A stretch of DNA of 64,000 nt from Bacilli bacterium (GCA_022791775.1 JAAVZT010000003.1:38980-102979), one strand, 5' to 3'. Positions 1 through 9,369 are shown, counted from the first letter of the stretch. Notes: generated by a model not told the origin, from the sequence alone. Numbers and translations are program-made.

Positions 1-17
1 AACAAATTGAGTTAAAT

Positions 18-779
18 ATGGAAAGTGCTTTACAAAAACAGGAATTTAAAATTTATTATCAACCTAAAGTGTATGTACGAAATGGCTCTCTTGCTGGAGC
101 AGAAGCACTAGTTAGATGGGAGAAAGATGAAACTTTAATTCCACCAAATCATTTTATTCCTCTTTTTGAGAAAAATAAATTCATTATTAAATTAGATTTA
201 TATGTATTTGAAACAGTTTGTAAACACATGAAAGAATGGCGAGAAAAGTGGGAGCATTTTCCTGTGATATCAGTAAATATTTCAAAAGAGCATTTTACGG
301 ATGAAAATTTTATAATAAAATATGCTAAAATTGCCGATAAATATAGCATTCCCCACGAAATGATTGACTTAGAAATAACGGAAAGTGCAACATCTGATGA
401 AAGTATTAATATTGTTCAAATCATCAATAATATCAAAAAACAGGGATTTTTAATCTCTTTAGACGATTTCGGGGTAGGATCCTCATCTTTAGGTATGCTA
501 CAACAATTAAATATTGATATTATCAAAATTGATAAGACCTTTATTGATCAAGCCAATTTAAAAAGTGATCGAAATATTATTAATTACATTGCCTTGATGT
601 CTCAAAAATTAGGTGTCAAAACAATCGTAGAAGGGATCGAAAAAAAAGATCAAGTAGAATTTATCCAAAAATTAAAATGTGATATGATTCAGGGATATTA
701 TTATTCGAAACCGCTACCCAAAAAAGATTTTGAAGAATATCTTCAAGAAAATAAATATTATAAAAAAGGTAAGAAATAA
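18..779 (+). CDS. EAL-domain protein (c-di-GMP phosphodiesterase-like). The reading frame is open back to the window edge, so the gene may be 5'-truncated here
   Basis: Motifs YYQP, EALVRW, DDFGVGSSSL, KIDKTFI, EGIE and QGYYYS are typical of EAL domains. There is no in-frame stop between position 3 and the ATG at 18. Confidence 0.75.
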   Translation: MESALQKQEFKIYYQPKVYVRNGSLAGAEALVRWEKDETLIPPNHFIPLFEKNKFIIKLDLYVFETVCKHMKEWREKWEHFPVISVNISKEHFTDENFIIKYAKIADKYSIPHEMIDLEITESATSDESINIVQIINNIKKQGFLISLDDFGVGSSSLGMLQQLNIDIIKIDKTFIDQANLKSDRNIINYIALMSQKLGVKTIVEGIEKKDQVEFIQKLKCDMIQGYYYSKPLPKKDFEEYLQENKYYKKGKK

Positions 780-857
780 AATAGATCATGATTCATTTCA
801 TGATTTTTTCTTTGCTATACATGAAAAAAAGCATTGATTTATCATCAATGCCTCATA

Positions 858-1103
858 TTATAGCGTTATTTCACCTAGTTTAAGCAATTCCACAACTGCT
901 TGAGCACGACCTTTTACCCCAAGCTTCTGCATTGCATTTGAAATATGATTTCGAACTGTTTTTTCGCTAATTCCAAGAAAATCAGCAATCTCCTTTGTCG
1001 ATTTATTTAATACCAAAAGTTCAAAAACCTCTTGTTCTCGTATTGTTAGTATTTTTTTGTTCATAACTTCCCTCACTTTCTTGATGATACTTCTAATACT
1101 CAT
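858..1103 (-). CDS. gerE: GerE, a LuxR-family HTH sporulation transcription regulator
   Basis: 81 aa consisting of the HTH only. The stretch REQEVFELLV..KEIA..ISEKTVRNHISNAMQKLGVKGRAQAVVELLKLGE is near-identical to Bacillus GerE as remembered. Confidence 0.8.
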   Translation of the reverse strand: MSIRSIIKKVREVMNKKILTIREQEVFELLVLNKSTKEIADFLGISEKTVRNHISNAMQKLGVKGRAQAVVELLKLGEITL

Positions 1104-1155
1104 AATATTTTATGAAATAAAAAAAGAGTTGTGAGAGAAACCGCCCAAAATTACG

Positions 1156-1662
1156 TTATTTTTGAAACTTAACAGTAATATACATTTTTTTAGAATATAG
1201 TGATTGAATACTTCGTATAATATTATTTGCTGTTTCTACACTATGATCTTTTGATTCAACAACCACACTTATTTGATCATTTTGTACTTTTACAAAACTA
1301 TTCAACTGAAATTCATCTTTAATTTTCTTTTCTAATTCTTCTTCTTTACCCTTATTCGCATTTAAGGCAATGAGTTCGTCGTATGCATCATTTTTTTCTT
1401 GTAAGGTAGCTGTATCATCCAATAAAATAGTCTGTAGTTCATTCATAGCTTTTAACATTTCTTCTTCATCATCTACTCTTAAAGCAGCCAAAATACTAGA
1501 TTCTTCAATATTAACATTTGCTGGAGTCGTGTTTTCGTTGATGTCATTGTTATTATCCAAAATTCGGGAAAGCGTATCATCACTCATAGTGACGTAATAG
1601 ATACTAAGTACTAAAATTAAACTAAAAAGCGTTACAAACCATAATCCTTGTTTATTAATCAT
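1156..1662 (-). CDS. spoIIIAH: SpoIIIAH-like membrane-anchored protein. It stands alone, with no other spoIIIA genes adjacent
   Basis: The N-terminus MINKQGLWFVTLFSLILVLSIYYVTMS closely parallels B. subtilis SpoIIIAH (MLKKQTVWLLTMLSLVVVLSVYYIMS). It has a single TM segment, an acidic linker and a conserved C-terminal domain. Confidence 0.55.
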   Translation of the reverse strand: MINKQGLWFVTLFSLILVLSIYYVTMSDDTLSRILDNNNDINENTTPANVNIEESSILAALRVDDEEEMLKAMNELQTILLDDTATLQEKNDAYDELIALNANKGKEEELEKKIKDEFQLNSFVKVQNDQISVVVESKDHSVETANNIIRSIQSLYSKKMYITVKFQK

Positions 1663-1767
1663 ATGATCCCTCCATAGAACTATTATAATATATGGGATTG
1701 TTTGGCAATTTATTACATGAAATGAAAGTTATATGTTATAATAAAAAAATAGAAGAGTGGTGCCACT

Positions 1768-2499
1768 ATGTATGAAATTTCCAAAGTGTTTTTGGTGTTC
1801 TTATTATATTGTTTATTCGGATATATTGCAGAAATGACCATGTGTATTATCGTCGATCATAAAATAACAAATCGTGGATTTTTATGTGGGCCCGTTATTC
1901 CAATTTATGGAGTTGGAAGCGTTTTTTTAACTTTAATATTGGAACCATTTAAACATAATCCTTTCATTATTTTTTTCTTTGGAATTATCATTACCACAGT
2001 AATTGAATATATCACCAGCTATTTATTAGAAAAGATATTTCATAATCGTTGGTGGGATTATAGTAATAATAAATTTAATATTAATGGTCGAATATGTCTT
2101 TTAAACAGTACTTTATTTGGAATCGGATCCTTAATAATTATTTATTTAGCCAATCCAATTTTTCATGATTTTTTAAATCAAATGAATCGTATTGCATTAA
2201 TTATTACTGCCATTGTTTTATTTATTATCTTTTGTGCAGATGTAGTTTATTCCTGTATTGTGGCATATAATTTACGAAATCAAATCATTATTTTTAGTGA
2301 ATTAAAAAATGAAAAATTAGCTCGAATTCCAGGAATGCTAGAACGTATGTTAAAAAAACGAGTAAAAAAACTAAAAAAATATCCAAATCGTTTATTAAAA
2401 GCTTTTCCTTATTTACAAAAAAGCAATGAAAAAGAATTTGAAATTATTAAAAAATTACAAAATAATGCAAAGAAAAAGAAAGCAAAAAAGAAAAAATAA
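1768..2499 (+). CDS. polytopic membrane protein, possibly of the putative ABC-transporter type IV / CmpB-like family, with a Lys-rich C-terminal tail
   Basis: Several predicted TM helices; CGPVIPIYG motif; the C-terminus is KK-rich. Confidence 0.4.
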   Translation: MYEISKVFLVFLLYCLFGYIAEMTMCIIVDHKITNRGFLCGPVIPIYGVGSVFLTLILEPFKHNPFIIFFFGIIITTVIEYITSYLLEKIFHNRWWDYSNNKFNINGRICLLNSTLFGIGSLIIIYLANPIFHDFLNQMNRIALIITAIVLFIIFCADVVYSCIVAYNLRNQIIIFSELKNEKLARIPGMLERMLKKRVKKLKKYPNRLLKAFPYLQKSNEKEFEIIKKLQNNAKKKKAKKKK

Positions 2500-2510
2500 A
2501 GATTGCCAAA

Positions 2511-2537
2511 TAGCCCTCTGCTGGCTATTTTTTTTTT
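2511..2537 (+). terminator. rho-independent terminator
   Basis: Stem tagcc/ggcta followed by T10. Confidence 0.6.
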
Positions 2538-2644
2538 GCCTAATTGCAATAGATAAGTTTTAAGGTAACAAATTGTAACATAAAAAATAAAAATAAAAAA
2601 GGAAATGAGCTTTTTTTATTGTATATGAATAGTGGAGGGAGAAA

Positions 2645-4717
2645 ATGCAAAAAAGAGTAATTATTAAGCAACAAGATCAAAAGGACTGCGGACCTTGTTG
2701 TTTATTATCTTTTATTAAATATTATGGCGGTTATGTTCCACTAGAAAAAATTCGAATAGATTGCAACACCTCATCTAGGGGAACAAGTGCTTTTCATATG
2801 ATCGAAGGATTAAAATCATATGGCTTTGATGCATATGGTACCAAAATAAAAAAAGATCTTTTTTTTAAAACTAATTTTCCACTGCCAGCAATTGTTCATG
2901 TGGTATTAGATAATGGGCTAAATCATTATATGGTCTTATATGAAAAGCGAAAAGACAAAGTGATATTAATGGATCCAAGTAGTGGAAAGAAGGTGATGAA
3001 TGACACTGAATTTTTTTGGATATGGTCTGAATTTTTGTTAGTAGCTTATCCAAAAGAGAAAATTAAAATACTTGATGAAGAAAAAAGTTTTTTTCAATTA
3101 AGTAAACAATACTTAGGTCAAGAGAAATTATTACTGTGGAAAAATTTAAAAACACATTTTTTGTTTGCTTTAATCGGTTTAATATTAACATTTTATGTCA
3201 GGACATCCTTAAATTATTTAGATCAAAAAGAAAAACTAATCGCTTGTATGATTTTATTTGGGGTTCTTCTGATTTTCAAATTACTTTTAACACAAGAGTA
3301 TTTATTAGAACAAAAAGAATTAAACAAAAAATTAGAATTGACCCATGCTTCAAATTATTTAGAACATATTTTTAAACTCCCTCTATTATATTATAAATTG
3401 CGCAGTTCCAGTGATTATTTAATCCGCTTTTGGGAAGCTATGGAATTAAAATTAATATATAGTGATGTAATGCAAAAGATTATTTTAGGTAGTGTTACCA
3501 TTGTAATATGTTTTTATTTCATATATTTTTTATTTCCTACCTTTTTCCCATTTTTAGGGATTACCGCTGGAATATACTATATATTTCACGTTTTAATAGT
3601 AAAAATAAGCTACCAACAAGAGCAAAAGTTTTTAAAGGCCAAAGTAAAATTTCAACAAGAATTATTAGAAAATATAGAAGGATATGAAGTTTATTATTAT
3701 TTAAATCAAAGAAAAATTCAAAAGCAAAAGGTAGAAGAGGAATTTATTTCGTTTTTAGAAATAAAGGATGAGAAAACTGTTTTTTATCAAAGAGTATCTT
3801 TTATACAGCATGTATTAAAAGAATGTATTCATTTTAGCGTCTTAACATTAGGCATTATAGCGATCTATAAAAAAGAGATTCCCATTGTAAATTTTCTGTT
3901 CCTTCAAGAAATGACCTCTTACTTAATTCAATCCTTAGAAAGTTTAGCCAGTCAAATTCCTAAAGAAAAATATTTGTTATCTCTATTGAGAAAGAATGCC
4001 GAATTTTTAACTATTCCAGTAGAAAAAGATGATACCAAAAAAGAAATATTCAAAATAAATGGCGACATATATTTTAAGCAGATATCATATTCTTATAATC
4101 AATATAATTATGTTTTAAAAAATCTGAATTTACATATTATATTCGGATCGCACGTGCAATTATTTGGACAAAGTGGCTGTGGGAAAAGTACTATTTGTAA
4201 ATTAATATTACGCCTATTAGAGCCACTAGAGGGTAAAATATTAATAGGTCCTATAAATATTTTAGACATAAACCTACCATCTATCAGATCTTCAATTCTT
4301 TATTTGAATCAGAGAAGTCATTTACTTACAGGAACAATTTGGGAAAATATAATTATGGGCCGAAATATAGATATGAAGCGTTTTTACCAAGTTTGCGAGA
4401 TTTGTCATTTAGAAGAAATCGTAGCCAAAAAGCCGTTGCGTTATGAAACCACAATCCAATGTCATGAGGAAAATTTGTCAGGAGGTGAAAAACAAAGGAT
4501 CATGTTAGCAAGAACACTATATGGAAATGCTTTCATATATTTATTTGATGAATCATTAAGTGAGGTGGATGAAAAATTAGAAAAAGATATTATCAAGCGA
4601 ATGCGAGAATTTTTGAAAGCAAAAACAATTATATATATTAGTCATAAAAATTATAAATCTTTGTTTGATGAAGTAGTAAAGTTAGAAGCATGTTATGATA
4701 GAGTCCTTATATCATAA
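2645..4717 (+). CDS. ABC transporter with an N-terminal peptidase C39 domain (bacteriocin / double-glycine peptide processing and export; LagD/ComA/LcnC type)
   Basis: N-terminal QKDCGPCCLLSF (catalytic Cys) with His/Asp further downstream. Six TM helices. Walker A GQSGCGKST and ABC signature LSGGEKQRIMLAR. Confidence 0.85.
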   Translation: MQKRVIIKQQDQKDCGPCCLLSFIKYYGGYVPLEKIRIDCNTSSRGTSAFHMIEGLKSYGFDAYGTKIKKDLFFKTNFPLPAIVHVVLDNGLNHYMVLYEKRKDKVILMDPSSGKKVMNDTEFFWIWSEFLLVAYPKEKIKILDEEKSFFQLSKQYLGQEKLLLWKNLKTHFLFALIGLILTFYVRTSLNYLDQKEKLIACMILFGVLLIFKLLLTQEYLLEQKELNKKLELTHASNYLEHIFKLPLLYYKLRSSSDYLIRFWEAMELKLIYSDVMQKIILGSVTIVICFYFIYFLFPTFFPFLGITAGIYYIFHVLIVKISYQQEQKFLKAKVKFQQELLENIEGYEVYYYLNQRKIQKQKVEEEFISFLEIKDEKTVFYQRVSFIQHVLKECIHFSVLTLGIIAIYKKEIPIVNFLFLQEMTSYLIQSLESLASQIPKEKYLLSLLRKNAEFLTIPVEKDDTKKEIFKINGDIYFKQISYSYNQYNYVLKNLNLHIIFGSHVQLFGQSGCGKSTICKLILRLLEPLEGKILIGPINILDINLPSIRSSILYLNQRSHLLTGTIWENIIMGRNIDMKRFYQVCEICHLEEIVAKKPLRYETTIQCHEENLSGGEKQRIMLARTLYGNAFIYLFDESLSEVDEKLEKDIIKRMREFLKAKTIIYISHKNYKSLFDEVVKLEACYDRVLIS

Positions 4718-5129
4718 TAAAGTATCTTACTTAAGTAAGAAGAAAAAAATAATTCCAGTGGGATTGTATTTTAGTATGATCGTAACTTGCTTTCTTTTGC
4801 TTTCATGTAGTATTTCCATATCATCAACAAATCCAATATTTGCAATTTATCAAAAAGAAAATAACACCTTGCTTTTTTCTTGGCCAATTAGCGAAATAGA
4901 AACGTTATCTTATTATGAGAAGATGAAAATAGAAAATCAAATAGTAGATTTTAAAATAAAAAATATGAGTAACTTATTGGTAGATGAGGTTACAATGCAG
5001 AATGTTCAAAAAATCGAAATAGAATCTCCTAAAAGTTTTTTAGATCAGCAAGTATTAAAAGTATACCTATTAGATCGAAAAGAAAAAATAATCTTAAAAA
5101 TTAAAAAAATAATATGGAAAGGAAAATAA
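4695..5129 (+). CDS. small putative lipoprotein encoded between the exporter and the peptide genes. The true start is probably the ATG at 4776. Candidate immunity or accessory protein
   Basis: The internal Met is followed by IVTCFLLLSCSISISS, a lipobox-like LLSC. The ORF overlaps the end of the exporter gene if started at 4695. Confidence 0.45.
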   Translation: MIESLYHNKVSYLSKKKKIIPVGLYFSMIVTCFLLLSCSISISSTNPIFAIYQKENNTLLFSWPISEIETLSYYEKMKIENQIVDFKIKNMSNLLVDEVTMQNVQKIEIESPKSFLDQQVLKVYLLDRKEKIILKIKKIIWKGK

Positions 5130-5270
5130 ATGAAATTATCCAATATACAATTGCAAGAAATATATGGAGGGGAGGCAGCAGGACTTATTATTTTAGGACT
5201 AGCTTTAATGACTACATTAATTGTAGGAATTATAGATGGTTTAGTACGTCCGTTAAAATGTCATGAATAA
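5130..5270 (+). CDS. double-glycine-leader peptide precursor (46 aa), putative class II bacteriocin peptide A
   Basis: Translation MKLSNIQLQEIYGG|EAAGLIILGLALMTTLIVGIIDGLVRPLKCHE. The leader fits the LSxxELxxIxGG consensus (L-12, S-11, L-7, I-4, GG-1). The mature part is hydrophobic with GxxxG-like motifs. A GGAAAGG ribosome-binding site lies upstream. Not in the ORF track because it is under 60 aa. Confidence 0.6.
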   Translation: MKLSNIQLQEIYGGEAAGLIILGLALMTTLIVGIIDGLVRPLKCHE

Positions 5271-5277
5271 ATTAAAA

Positions 5278-5430
5278 ATGGAAGAATTAATCCAAATAAA
5301 CGGAGGAAGTTCTTATTTAACTGCAAGTTTTATCAATGCGCTTGCGAGATGTATTGATTCAATTTTGGAGATAGGTAGATCCCTTGGTACAGCGATCGCC
5401 CGTTTAAAAAGTGGCAACATGTGCTCTTAA
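5278..5430 (+). CDS. second double-glycine-leader peptide precursor (50 aa), putative bacteriocin peptide B
   Basis: Translation MEELIQINGG|SSYLTASFINALARCIDSILEIGRSLGTAIARLKSGNMCS. The leader has E-8, L-7, I-4 and GG. The mature peptide is amphipathic with two Cys. It starts 8 nt after peptide A. Confidence 0.6.
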   Translation: MEELIQINGGSSYLTASFINALARCIDSILEIGRSLGTAIARLKSGNMCS

Positions 5431-5487
5431 ACTTGAAGATTATTTATTTTAATTATATAATAAAAATAATAAGAAAGGAGGGGTAAA

Positions 5488-6333
5488 ATGAAAAAGAAAA
5501 ATGGTTTTATTGCCGTTTCTTTAATTTACTCTTTCTTTCTAGTCTTTCTAATGTTAATGCTTTCGTCCTCCATTAAAAATGCTCAGACGCGATTATTACT
5601 AGGTACAATAAAAGAGGACATCAAAAATCAATTAGGGGCAAAATCAGAATTTATTATTACTTCTTTGCCAGCTAAAAATCCACTCACTAATGCCGATTAT
5701 CGAATTGGTGATGAAGTGAATTTTGTAGGAGAAAGTTGGTTTGTTGTGTCAAATCAAAATAATTCAGTAGTTTTAGTTTTAAAAAGAGCCTTAAACAAAG
5801 AAGAAGTGACGCAAGCTTTAGAAGTTTCTGAAACCAATAACAATTTCTTTGCTGGACAATGCAATGATACAAGTTGTCAAGTTCGCATGTGTATGTCCAC
5901 GTATTTTGATAATCTTTGCTATTATCAATCTAATAGCAACTTTGTATATTATAATTGGGATAAAAGTATCGCCAAACGAATTGTAGAATCTTGGTTTGAA
6001 AATAATCAAAATCTTCAAAAAGTTTGCCGTTTACAATATAATGCCACACTAGGAAAACGGATGTGTAGTAAAGATACCTTAATTCATATGACCTTTCATG
6101 ATGGAGTTCAAAATAACACTGGATATATTAGAATAGCTAGCAATAATGAAGCAGCAGCTGGTAGAACAACTTGGGTAAATAATAATGGAGGGTATTTAGC
6201 AACTGAATCATGGACTTTAACAAGACAAAATGCGACGAACGGAAAAAGTTTCATATATGATATAAAGGGCAATATTAGGCAAAATGAAAATGTAATGGCT
6301 ATAAGACCTGTAATTGAAGTGCGAAAAAGCTAG
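5488..6333 (+). CDS. hypothetical membrane-anchored, Cys-rich, Asn-rich extracytoplasmic protein
   Basis: N-terminal TM segment, then a roughly 250-aa domain with at least 8 Cys. No family recognised. Promoter-like TTGAAG and TATAAT elements and an AGGAGG site lie upstream. Confidence 0.4.
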   Translation: MKKKNGFIAVSLIYSFFLVFLMLMLSSSIKNAQTRLLLGTIKEDIKNQLGAKSEFIITSLPAKNPLTNADYRIGDEVNFVGESWFVVSNQNNSVVLVLKRALNKEEVTQALEVSETNNNFFAGQCNDTSCQVRMCMSTYFDNLCYYQSNSNFVYYNWDKSIAKRIVESWFENNQNLQKVCRLQYNATLGKRMCSKDTLIHMTFHDGVQNNTGYIRIASNNEAAAGRTTWVNNNGGYLATESWTLTRQNATNGKSFIYDIKGNIRQNENVMAIRPVIEVRKS

Positions 6334-6383
6334 AAGTAAAAAAGAAGTTGTGATAATATAATTAATATAAAGGAGGAAAAAAT

Positions 6384-6932
6384 ATGTGGTGGATTATTCC
6401 AATCGTTTTCATTATCATAATTGTTATTTATATAATCGGAATATATAATAAATTAATCGTCTTACGTAATAGAGTAAAAGATCAGTGGGCACAAATCGAT
6501 GTTCAATTAAAACGTCGTTTTGATTTAATTCCAAATTTAGTAAATACAATTAAAGGATATGCCAAGCATGAAAGTGAAACATTCGAAAATGTCATTAAAG
6601 CTCGAAATACATTCTTAAGCGCATCTTCAAAAGAAGAAGAGATCGAAGCAAACGGTGAACTTACAAATGCTATTTCAAAATTATTTGCCTTAACAGAGAG
6701 TTATCCTGACTTAAAAGCCAATCAAAACTTTCTAGATTTACAAGCGGATTTAAAGGATACTGAAAATAAAATAGCAGCAGCTAGACAATTTTATAACGAT
6801 ACAGTATTAAACTATAATAATCGAGTTGAATTATTTCCAAGTAATTTAATAGCAGGCTTGTTTCATTTTAAAAAAGAGTCTTTCTTTGAAGTAAACAAAC
6901 AAGAAAGAGAAAATGTAAAAGTTGAATTTTAA
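6384..6932 (+). CDS. lemA: LemA family protein
   Basis: N-terminal TM helix; QWAQIDVQLKRRFDLIPNLV matches the LemA signature. Confidence 0.85.
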   Translation: MWWIIPIVFIIIIVIYIIGIYNKLIVLRNRVKDQWAQIDVQLKRRFDLIPNLVNTIKGYAKHESETFENVIKARNTFLSASSKEEEIEANGELTNAISKLFALTESYPDLKANQNFLDLQADLKDTENKIAAARQFYNDTVLNYNNRVELFPSNLIAGLFHFKKESFFEVNKQERENVKVEF

Positions 6933-6971
6933 GCTTACAAAATGTAAGCTTATATTTTTGAGAGGAATTAT

Positions 6972-8879
6972 ATGAAAAAATTTTTATTTAGTTTAATAGT
7001 TTTCTTCCTACCGATAATTGTTCGAGCTTCATCCATTAATTATGATATTACTAATTTTTTAATTGATGCAACCGTTCAACCAAATGGCGATTTAAGTGTA
7101 AAAGAATTAATTGTTTTAGATGGAAATTTTAATGGATATGTGCGTGAATTACAATATAAAAATTTAAAATTAGATACCTATACTCCTGGCAATATTAATT
7201 TTGCTAATAGCGCAATTTATAATGCAGAAGGAATATATAATGTTCAGCTCGCAACTAAAAAAATGCGAACAAACGAAGTGGATTTTGAAACATTCCAAGA
7301 AACTTTTACCCCTTTAACAAAAGTAAGTAATGAAAAAATCGCTCAAAATGGAAATTACATTTTTAAAAATGACGAGCAAGTATTAAGTTATAAAATGTAT
7401 CAACGAGCAGAAGATGAAATGATAGCATTTTTAATCACTTACACGATTGATAAAGCTGTAGTAATTCATCAAGACATTGCTGAATTATACTGGACCTTTA
7501 TTGGTAGTGGATTTACAGATAAAATATATAATTTAAAAATTAGAGTTAACTTACCAAATTATCAAAAACCAGAATTTTATTTTTGGGCCCATGGTGATAT
7601 TACTGGAGAAATAGATAAGATTAGTTCTAGCCAAGTTTTAGCACAAATGAAGTCAGTCGATAAAAATTCTCCGATCGATCTAAGAATTCTATTTGCCAAA
7701 GATTGGCTGATAGAACCAAATGATTTGCGAAAATCAGAAGAAGAAGCTTTACCAAAAATTCGGGCAATTGAGGAGGAGCGAGCAGAAAGTGTAAATAAGC
7801 AACGAGAGTTTATAAGAGCTTTAGTAAAAATTGCAAGAGCTGGAACAAACTTTTATTATATCTTTCTGTTCAGTTTATGGATTTATATTTATTGGAAATT
7901 TGACCGAGAATACAAAAGCGATTTTAATTCAAAATATTATCGCGAATTTACTGGCGAATATAATGTTGAAGTAATTGATTATTTAATGAAGCATACCATT
8001 ACCCCAAATGCCATGAGTGCTTCAATCATGAATTTGATTTATAAAAAGAACATCAAAGTAGAAGAGTTAGACAATGAGAAAAAAAAGCAATATCGATTTT
8101 ATTATCTCAATAATGAAAATGTAAATGATACAGAACAAATTTTACTTGATTTTTTATTCGAACAGGTTGGAAAAAATGGAGAATTTACTACAAAAGACTT
8201 AGAAAAATATGCTAAATCTACGAAAACATATACTGATTTTTCGAAGCATTATTTAGAATGGGAGAATTGTGTCAAAAAAGACGCAGAGAAAGAACAATTC
8301 TATGAAACAAATGGCATACCAGTTGTAATGGGAATATTAGTTCTTTTATTCACTATCTTACTTTTTATGGTAGTGATGTATTATCATATAGATTACTTTC
8401 CTTGTTATTTTTTACTTCCAGTATCTATTGTTTTTTTAATATATACTATTGTAATCAAAAAAAGAACTAGAAAGGGAAACGAGCATTATTTAAGATGGAA
8501 AGCTTTTAAAAACTTTTTAGCTGACTTTGGAAATTTTAAAATAAAAGAATTACCTGAGATCATTTTATGGGAAAAATATTTGGTATATGCAACCTTATTT
8601 GGATTAGCCTCTGAAGTAGAAAAAAGCATGAATGTAAAGATAGCAGAATATGAGAGAACCCCTATGCATACAGAAGTTTATAATGGTTGGCATCCTTATA
8701 TTGATTTTCAAATTTTCCAAGCCATTAATCATTCTGTGAATCATGCAGTCTCAAGTAATATCCGCGCTACAACCGCTAATGCAAATAGTCGAAATAGCAG
8801 TGGATCAGGCTTGGGTGGTGGCGGATTCTCTGGCGGATCAGGTTTTGGAGGTGGCGGCGGCGGTGGCCACGGATTCTAA
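6972..8879 (+). CDS. DUF2207-type membrane protein, the usual partner of LemA, with a Gly-rich C-terminal tail
   Basis: Signal peptide, large N-terminal ectodomain, central TM helices and a C-terminal GGGGFSGGSGFGGGGGGGHGF. It sits immediately downstream of lemA. Confidence 0.7.
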   Translation: MKKFLFSLIVFFLPIIVRASSINYDITNFLIDATVQPNGDLSVKELIVLDGNFNGYVRELQYKNLKLDTYTPGNINFANSAIYNAEGIYNVQLATKKMRTNEVDFETFQETFTPLTKVSNEKIAQNGNYIFKNDEQVLSYKMYQRAEDEMIAFLITYTIDKAVVIHQDIAELYWTFIGSGFTDKIYNLKIRVNLPNYQKPEFYFWAHGDITGEIDKISSSQVLAQMKSVDKNSPIDLRILFAKDWLIEPNDLRKSEEEALPKIRAIEEERAESVNKQREFIRALVKIARAGTNFYYIFLFSLWIYIYWKFDREYKSDFNSKYYREFTGEYNVEVIDYLMKHTITPNAMSASIMNLIYKKNIKVEELDNEKKKQYRFYYLNNENVNDTEQILLDFLFEQVGKNGEFTTKDLEKYAKSTKTYTDFSKHYLEWENCVKKDAEKEQFYETNGIPVVMGILVLLFTILLFMVVMYYHIDYFPCYFLLPVSIVFLIYTIVIKKRTRKGNEHYLRWKAFKNFLADFGNFKIKELPEIILWEKYLVYATLFGLASEVEKSMNVKIAEYERTPMHTEVYNGWHPYIDFQIFQAINHSVNHAVSSNIRATTANANSRNSSGSGLGGGGFSGGSGFGGGGGGGHGF

Positions 8880-8899
8880 GCATAATTTATGCTTTTTTT
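8878..8899 (+). terminator. rho-independent terminator
   Basis: aagcata/tatgctt hairpin followed by T7. Confidence 0.5.
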
Positions 8900-8951
8900 C
8901 TTGTTATTTTAAACGAAATAAGTTAAAATATAAGCGAAAAGAAGTGAGAAA

Positions 8952-9368
8952 ATGATTAAAGAATTTAAAGAGTTTATTCATCGTGGAAATGTAATGGATT
9001 TAGCCGTGGGAGTCATCGTTGGTGGAGCTTTTTCCAGTATTGTTACATCTTTAGTTAATAACATATTAACCCCTATTTTGGGAATCTTTTTAGGAGGAGT
9101 AGATTTTAGTGGCTTAACTATAACCATTAAAGATGCTACCATTAGCTATGGCTTATTTGTTCAAAGTGTCATCGACTTTTTAATTGTAGCGTTTTGCATT
9201 TTCTTATTTGTTAAAATGATAAACAAGATTATGTCAGTCGGAAAGAAAGAAACAAAAGAAGAGCCAATTGTCTTAAAAAAGAAGGAAGAAGTCTTATTAT
9301 TAGAAGAGATTCGAGATTTGTTAAAAAAGAAGAGCCCAAAAAAAACGAAGCTAAAAAAGCAGGAATAA
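8952..9368 (+). CDS. mscL: large-conductance mechanosensitive channel MscL
   Basis: [31 protein letters not shown] is the canonical MscL N-terminus. Confidence 0.9.
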   Translation: MIKEFKEFIHRGNVMDLAVGVIVGGAFSSIVTSLVNNILTPILGIFLGGVDFSGLTITIKDATISYGLFVQSVIDFLIVAFCIFLFVKMINKIMSVGKKETKEEPIVLKKKEEVLLLEEIRDLLKKKSPKKTKLKKQE

Positions 9369-9369
9369 A

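Noticed and set aside
6384-8879. The LemA + DUF2207 pair as a possible novel system
   Set aside because: This two-gene module is widespread and already catalogued (function unknown). Nothing here is unusual beyond the typical Gly-rich tail.
8743-8955. A 70-aa plus-strand ORF overlapping the end of the DUF2207 gene
   Set aside because: It is an alternative frame of the GC-richer Gly-codon run (ggtggcggc...). The DUF2207 frame, with its Gly-rich tail, is the coherent one.
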